The notes beneath the pieces are model-generated. The model made no database searches, was not told where the DNA came from, and worked only from the letters and a program-made list of their open reading frames with translations. The translations under genes were made by a program, and so were the position numbers. Shown piece by piece: positions 61,448 to 64,000 of a DNA stretch of 64,000 bases (positions are counted from its first letter, which is position 1; the number at the start of each line of letters is the position of its first letter). This DNA is from Putridiphycobacter sp. (GTDB taxonomy: Bacteria; Bacteroidota; Bacteroidia; Flavobacteriales_D; Crocinitomicaceae), in assembly GCA_965230485.1 (NCBI GenBank), contig CBDDLA010000001.1:3183010-3247009 (forward strand), in the 5' to 3' direction.

Positions 61448-63846
61448 TTCCTCAACACCTTCCCCTTTGTCACAATACTTTGAATTCTTTCCAGTGTTTT
61501 TTTCTTAGTGCATAAATCAAGAAATGCTTTGCGTTCTAAGTCCAAAAGGTACTGTTCATCTACTTGTTGTAACTCAGATAGGTCGCCTCCTGATAATACA
61601 AAACCTAATTTTTCTGAGATGTATTTATCATGTTCTGAGATGTAGTTGCCATGTTCCATAGTATCAGCCCCCACGTAAACAATTCCTAAACCTTCTTGCC
61701 CCAGAACTGTGATGTCTTTTGATTTGGCTGGTTGACTATATCCTGCATTATATAAGTTTAAACAGGCTTCTTTTGCCCTGGTGAGTTGATAGTCTCTATC
61801 TATTACTACTTCATCAATCCCTTTCCTTAAGTAACCTAAATCAAAGGCTTCATAAGCTGAAGTGGATACTTTGGCTTGGCCTATTGTTAAAAAAGCGTCT
61901 CGGAATCTATTAATTCTAACATCCCCTTCAGAAAGTTCATCAGATAAACGTTTTGCGAACTCTTTGCTACCACCCCCACCTGGAATTAAGCCGACTCCAA
62001 ATTCAACCAATCCCATATATAATTCAGAATGGGCAATTACTTTATCTGCATGCATTGACATTTCACAACCACCACCTAAGGCCATATTATGCGGTGCCAC
62101 AATCACTGGGCAAGCAGAGTAGCGAATCCGCATCATGGTATCTTGAAATTGTTTAATCGCAAAATTCAATTCATCATATTCTTGCTCAACGGCCATCATA
62201 AAAATCAGTCCAACATTGGCACCAGCTGAAAAGTTTTGACCAGTATTTGAAATCACTAGCCCTTTATACTCAGATTCAGCCAAATCAATTCCTTTATTGA
62301 TTCCCTGTAAAACACCACCACCAATGGTATTCATTTTAGTGTGAAATTCTAGATTTAGAATGCCGTCTCCTAAATCAATTAAATGACAATCGTTATTTTT
62401 CCAAACTGTATTTCCTTCTTTTAAATTATCTAAGAATAATAAATCTTCGGTGCCAGGAATAGGCAAATATTGTTTGCTTTTAATATCATAAAAATGCTTT
62501 TGACCATTTTCAATTTTATAAAAACTTTTAATGCCAGAAGCTAACATTTCATCAACCCATTTTGCATAAGGTTTTCTACTTGCTTTTATTAGCGCTAAAG
62601 ACTTTTCAAGTCCAACGGCATCCCACGACTCAAATGGACCTAGTTCCCACCCAAAACCAGCACGCATAGCGTCATCAATTTTATATAAATCGTCCGTTAT
62701 TTCAGGAATTCTATTAGAAACGTAGGCAAAAATACCATTAAACGATTTTTGATAAAATTCACCAGCTTTACCCTCTGAATAATAGAGGACTTTGGTTCGT
62801 TCTGCCAAATTATCAATGGTTTTGGTTAATGCAAAAACAGGAAAATTAGCTTTTGGTTGGGCTTCATATTCCATTGTTTTTAGATTAAGAGAAAGAATTG
62901 ACTTTTTGCCATCAACGACTTCCTTTTTATAAAAACCTTGCCCAGACTTAGACCCTAACCAGTTATTTTCAACCAATTTTTGAACATATTCAGTCAATTG
63001 AAAGCTTTCTTTTTCTTCATCTTTCGGACAGTTTTCCCTTACGCCATTGGCCACATGCACTAAGGTATCTAAGCCCACAACATCACAAGTTCTGAACGTA
63101 GCCGATTTTGGTCGACCCAAAACAGGTCCAGTCAGTTTATCAACTTCTGAAACGGTTAAATCCATTTCTTCAACTGTGTGAAATAGACTCATGATTGAGT
63201 AGACCCCTATACGGTTTGCAATAAAAGCAGGTGTATCCTTACATAACACAGTTTTTTTGCCTAAAAAACGAGCACCATAGTGCATGAAGAAATCAATAAT
63301 TTCAGGTTTTGTTTTAGGTGATGGAATAATCTCCAGCAACCTTAAATATCGAGGAGGGTTAAAAAAATGAGTTCCACAAAAATGTGCTTGGAAATCCTCA
63401 CTTTTATCTTTCAGCATCATATGAATAGGAATGCCTGAAGTATTTGAAGTAACTAATGTCCCAGGAGTCCGATATTTATCAACTTTGTCTAAAATAAGGT
63501 GCTTAATGTCTAAGCGTTCTACCACCACTTCAATAACCCAATCGCAGTCCTTAATTTTTTCAAAATCATCATCAAAGTTACCTGTAACAATCCTTTTCGA
63601 AAATTCCTTTTTATAAATGGGTGAGGGTTTAGATTTAATCGCATTTGTAAAGTGATGATTAACGATACTATTTCTGACAGAAGCATCTTCTAAAGTCAAA
63701 CCCTTTGCTTTTTGTGTATCATTTAATTCTTGAGGTGCCATGTCAAGCAGTAGGACTTCGAGTCCGATATTCGCAAAATGACATGCAATGGCAGATCCCA
63801 TGACACCCGACCCTAAAACTGCAACTTTTTTAATATTCCTATTCAT
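61444..63846 (-). CDS. fadB: 3-hydroxyacyl-CoA dehydrogenase / enoyl-CoA hydratase family protein
   Basis: GSGVMG, EVVVERL, SNTSG, HFFNPPRY, and the hydratase domain FSAGAN, LGGGCE, EFGVGLIPGGGG. Confidence 0.9.
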   Translation of the reverse strand: MNRNIKKVAVLGSGVMGSAIACHFANIGLEVLLLDMAPQELNDTQKAKGLTLEDASVRNSIVNHHFTNAIKSKPSPIYKKEFSKRIVTGNFDDDFEKIKDCDWVIEVVVERLDIKHLILDKVDKYRTPGTLVTSNTSGIPIHMMLKDKSEDFQAHFCGTHFFNPPRYLRLLEIIPSPKTKPEIIDFFMHYGARFLGKKTVLCKDTPAFIANRIGVYSIMSLFHTVEEMDLTVSEVDKLTGPVLGRPKSATFRTCDVVGLDTLVHVANGVRENCPKDEEKESFQLTEYVQKLVENNWLGSKSGQGFYKKEVVDGKKSILSLNLKTMEYEAQPKANFPVFALTKTIDNLAERTKVLYYSEGKAGEFYQKSFNGIFAYVSNRIPEITDDLYKIDDAMRAGFGWELGPFESWDAVGLEKSLALIKASRKPYAKWVDEMLASGIKSFYKIENGQKHFYDIKSKQYLPIPGTEDLLFLDNLKEGNTVWKNNDCHLIDLGDGILNLEFHTKMNTIGGGVLQGINKGIDLAESEYKGLVISNTGQNFSAGANVGLIFMMAVEQEYDELNFAIKQFQDTMMRIRYSACPVIVAPHNMALGGGCEMSMHADKVIAHSELYMGLVEFGVGLIPGGGGSKEFAKRLSDELSEGDVRINRFRDAFLTIGQAKVSTSAYEAFDLGYLRKGIDEVVIDRDYQLTRAKEACLNLYNAGYSQPAKSKDITVLGQEGLGIVYVGADTMEHGNYISEHDKYISEKLGFVLSGGDLSELQQVDEQYLLDLERKAFLDLCTKKKTLERIQSIVTKGKVLRN

Positions 63847-63864
63847 TTTAAAAACTTTAATCTC

Positions 63865-64000
63865 CTAATTTTCTAATAATTCTGAAACAACATGATCTAC
63901 TTTTATCATGGTGTTAAAGAAAACTTTTACTTCTTCCTTTGGAATTGATTCATATAGTTTTCTATTAAAATCTAACACAACTTCTCTGGCTTCCTTACGC
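63865..64000 (-). CDS. MarR family transcriptional regulator (3' fragment)
   Basis: Manual translation gives ...RKEAREVVLDFNRKLYESIPKEEVKVFFNTMIKVDHVVSELLEN*. Its position at the head of the fad operon is typical of flavobacteria. Confidence 0.55.
   Translation of the reverse strand, partial: RKEAREVVLDFNRKLYESIPKEEVKVFFNTMIKVDHVVSELLEN

Overview
This is a 64 kb AT-rich chromosomal segment of a Bacteroidota bacterium. Flavobacteriales is inferred from gene content, T9SS cargo genes, TAnnTTTG promoters and the lack of obvious SD sequences. It is mostly core genome: a gap fragment, primary sigma factor, tmRNA, tRNA-Val(GAC), tRNA-Ala(GGC), tilS, alaS, dapA, ligA, mnmD, dnaA, icmF and a MarR-fadB-fadA-acyl-CoA dehydrogenase beta-oxidation operon. 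Accessory content includes an msrB-GNAT-selO-msrA-brxC-PCD-OsmC redox cluster, several peptidases (S46, C1, M23, M1), an ECF sigma with a dual-membrane-spanning anti-sigma-like partner, and two T9SS cargo proteins. I found no CRISPR array, integrase, transposase or rRNA. The most unusual structure is a four-helix-bundle (IVS/Avd-like) gene inside the fad operon, bracketed by imperfect inverted arrays of TAGA-type heptamers that share a GCGAARCG core. I also found two small ORFs missed by the track (6776-6904 and 29320-29475) and a perfect DnaA box with TTAACA repeats about 15 kb from dnaA. All product calls come from recognising motifs by eye; no database searches were run.
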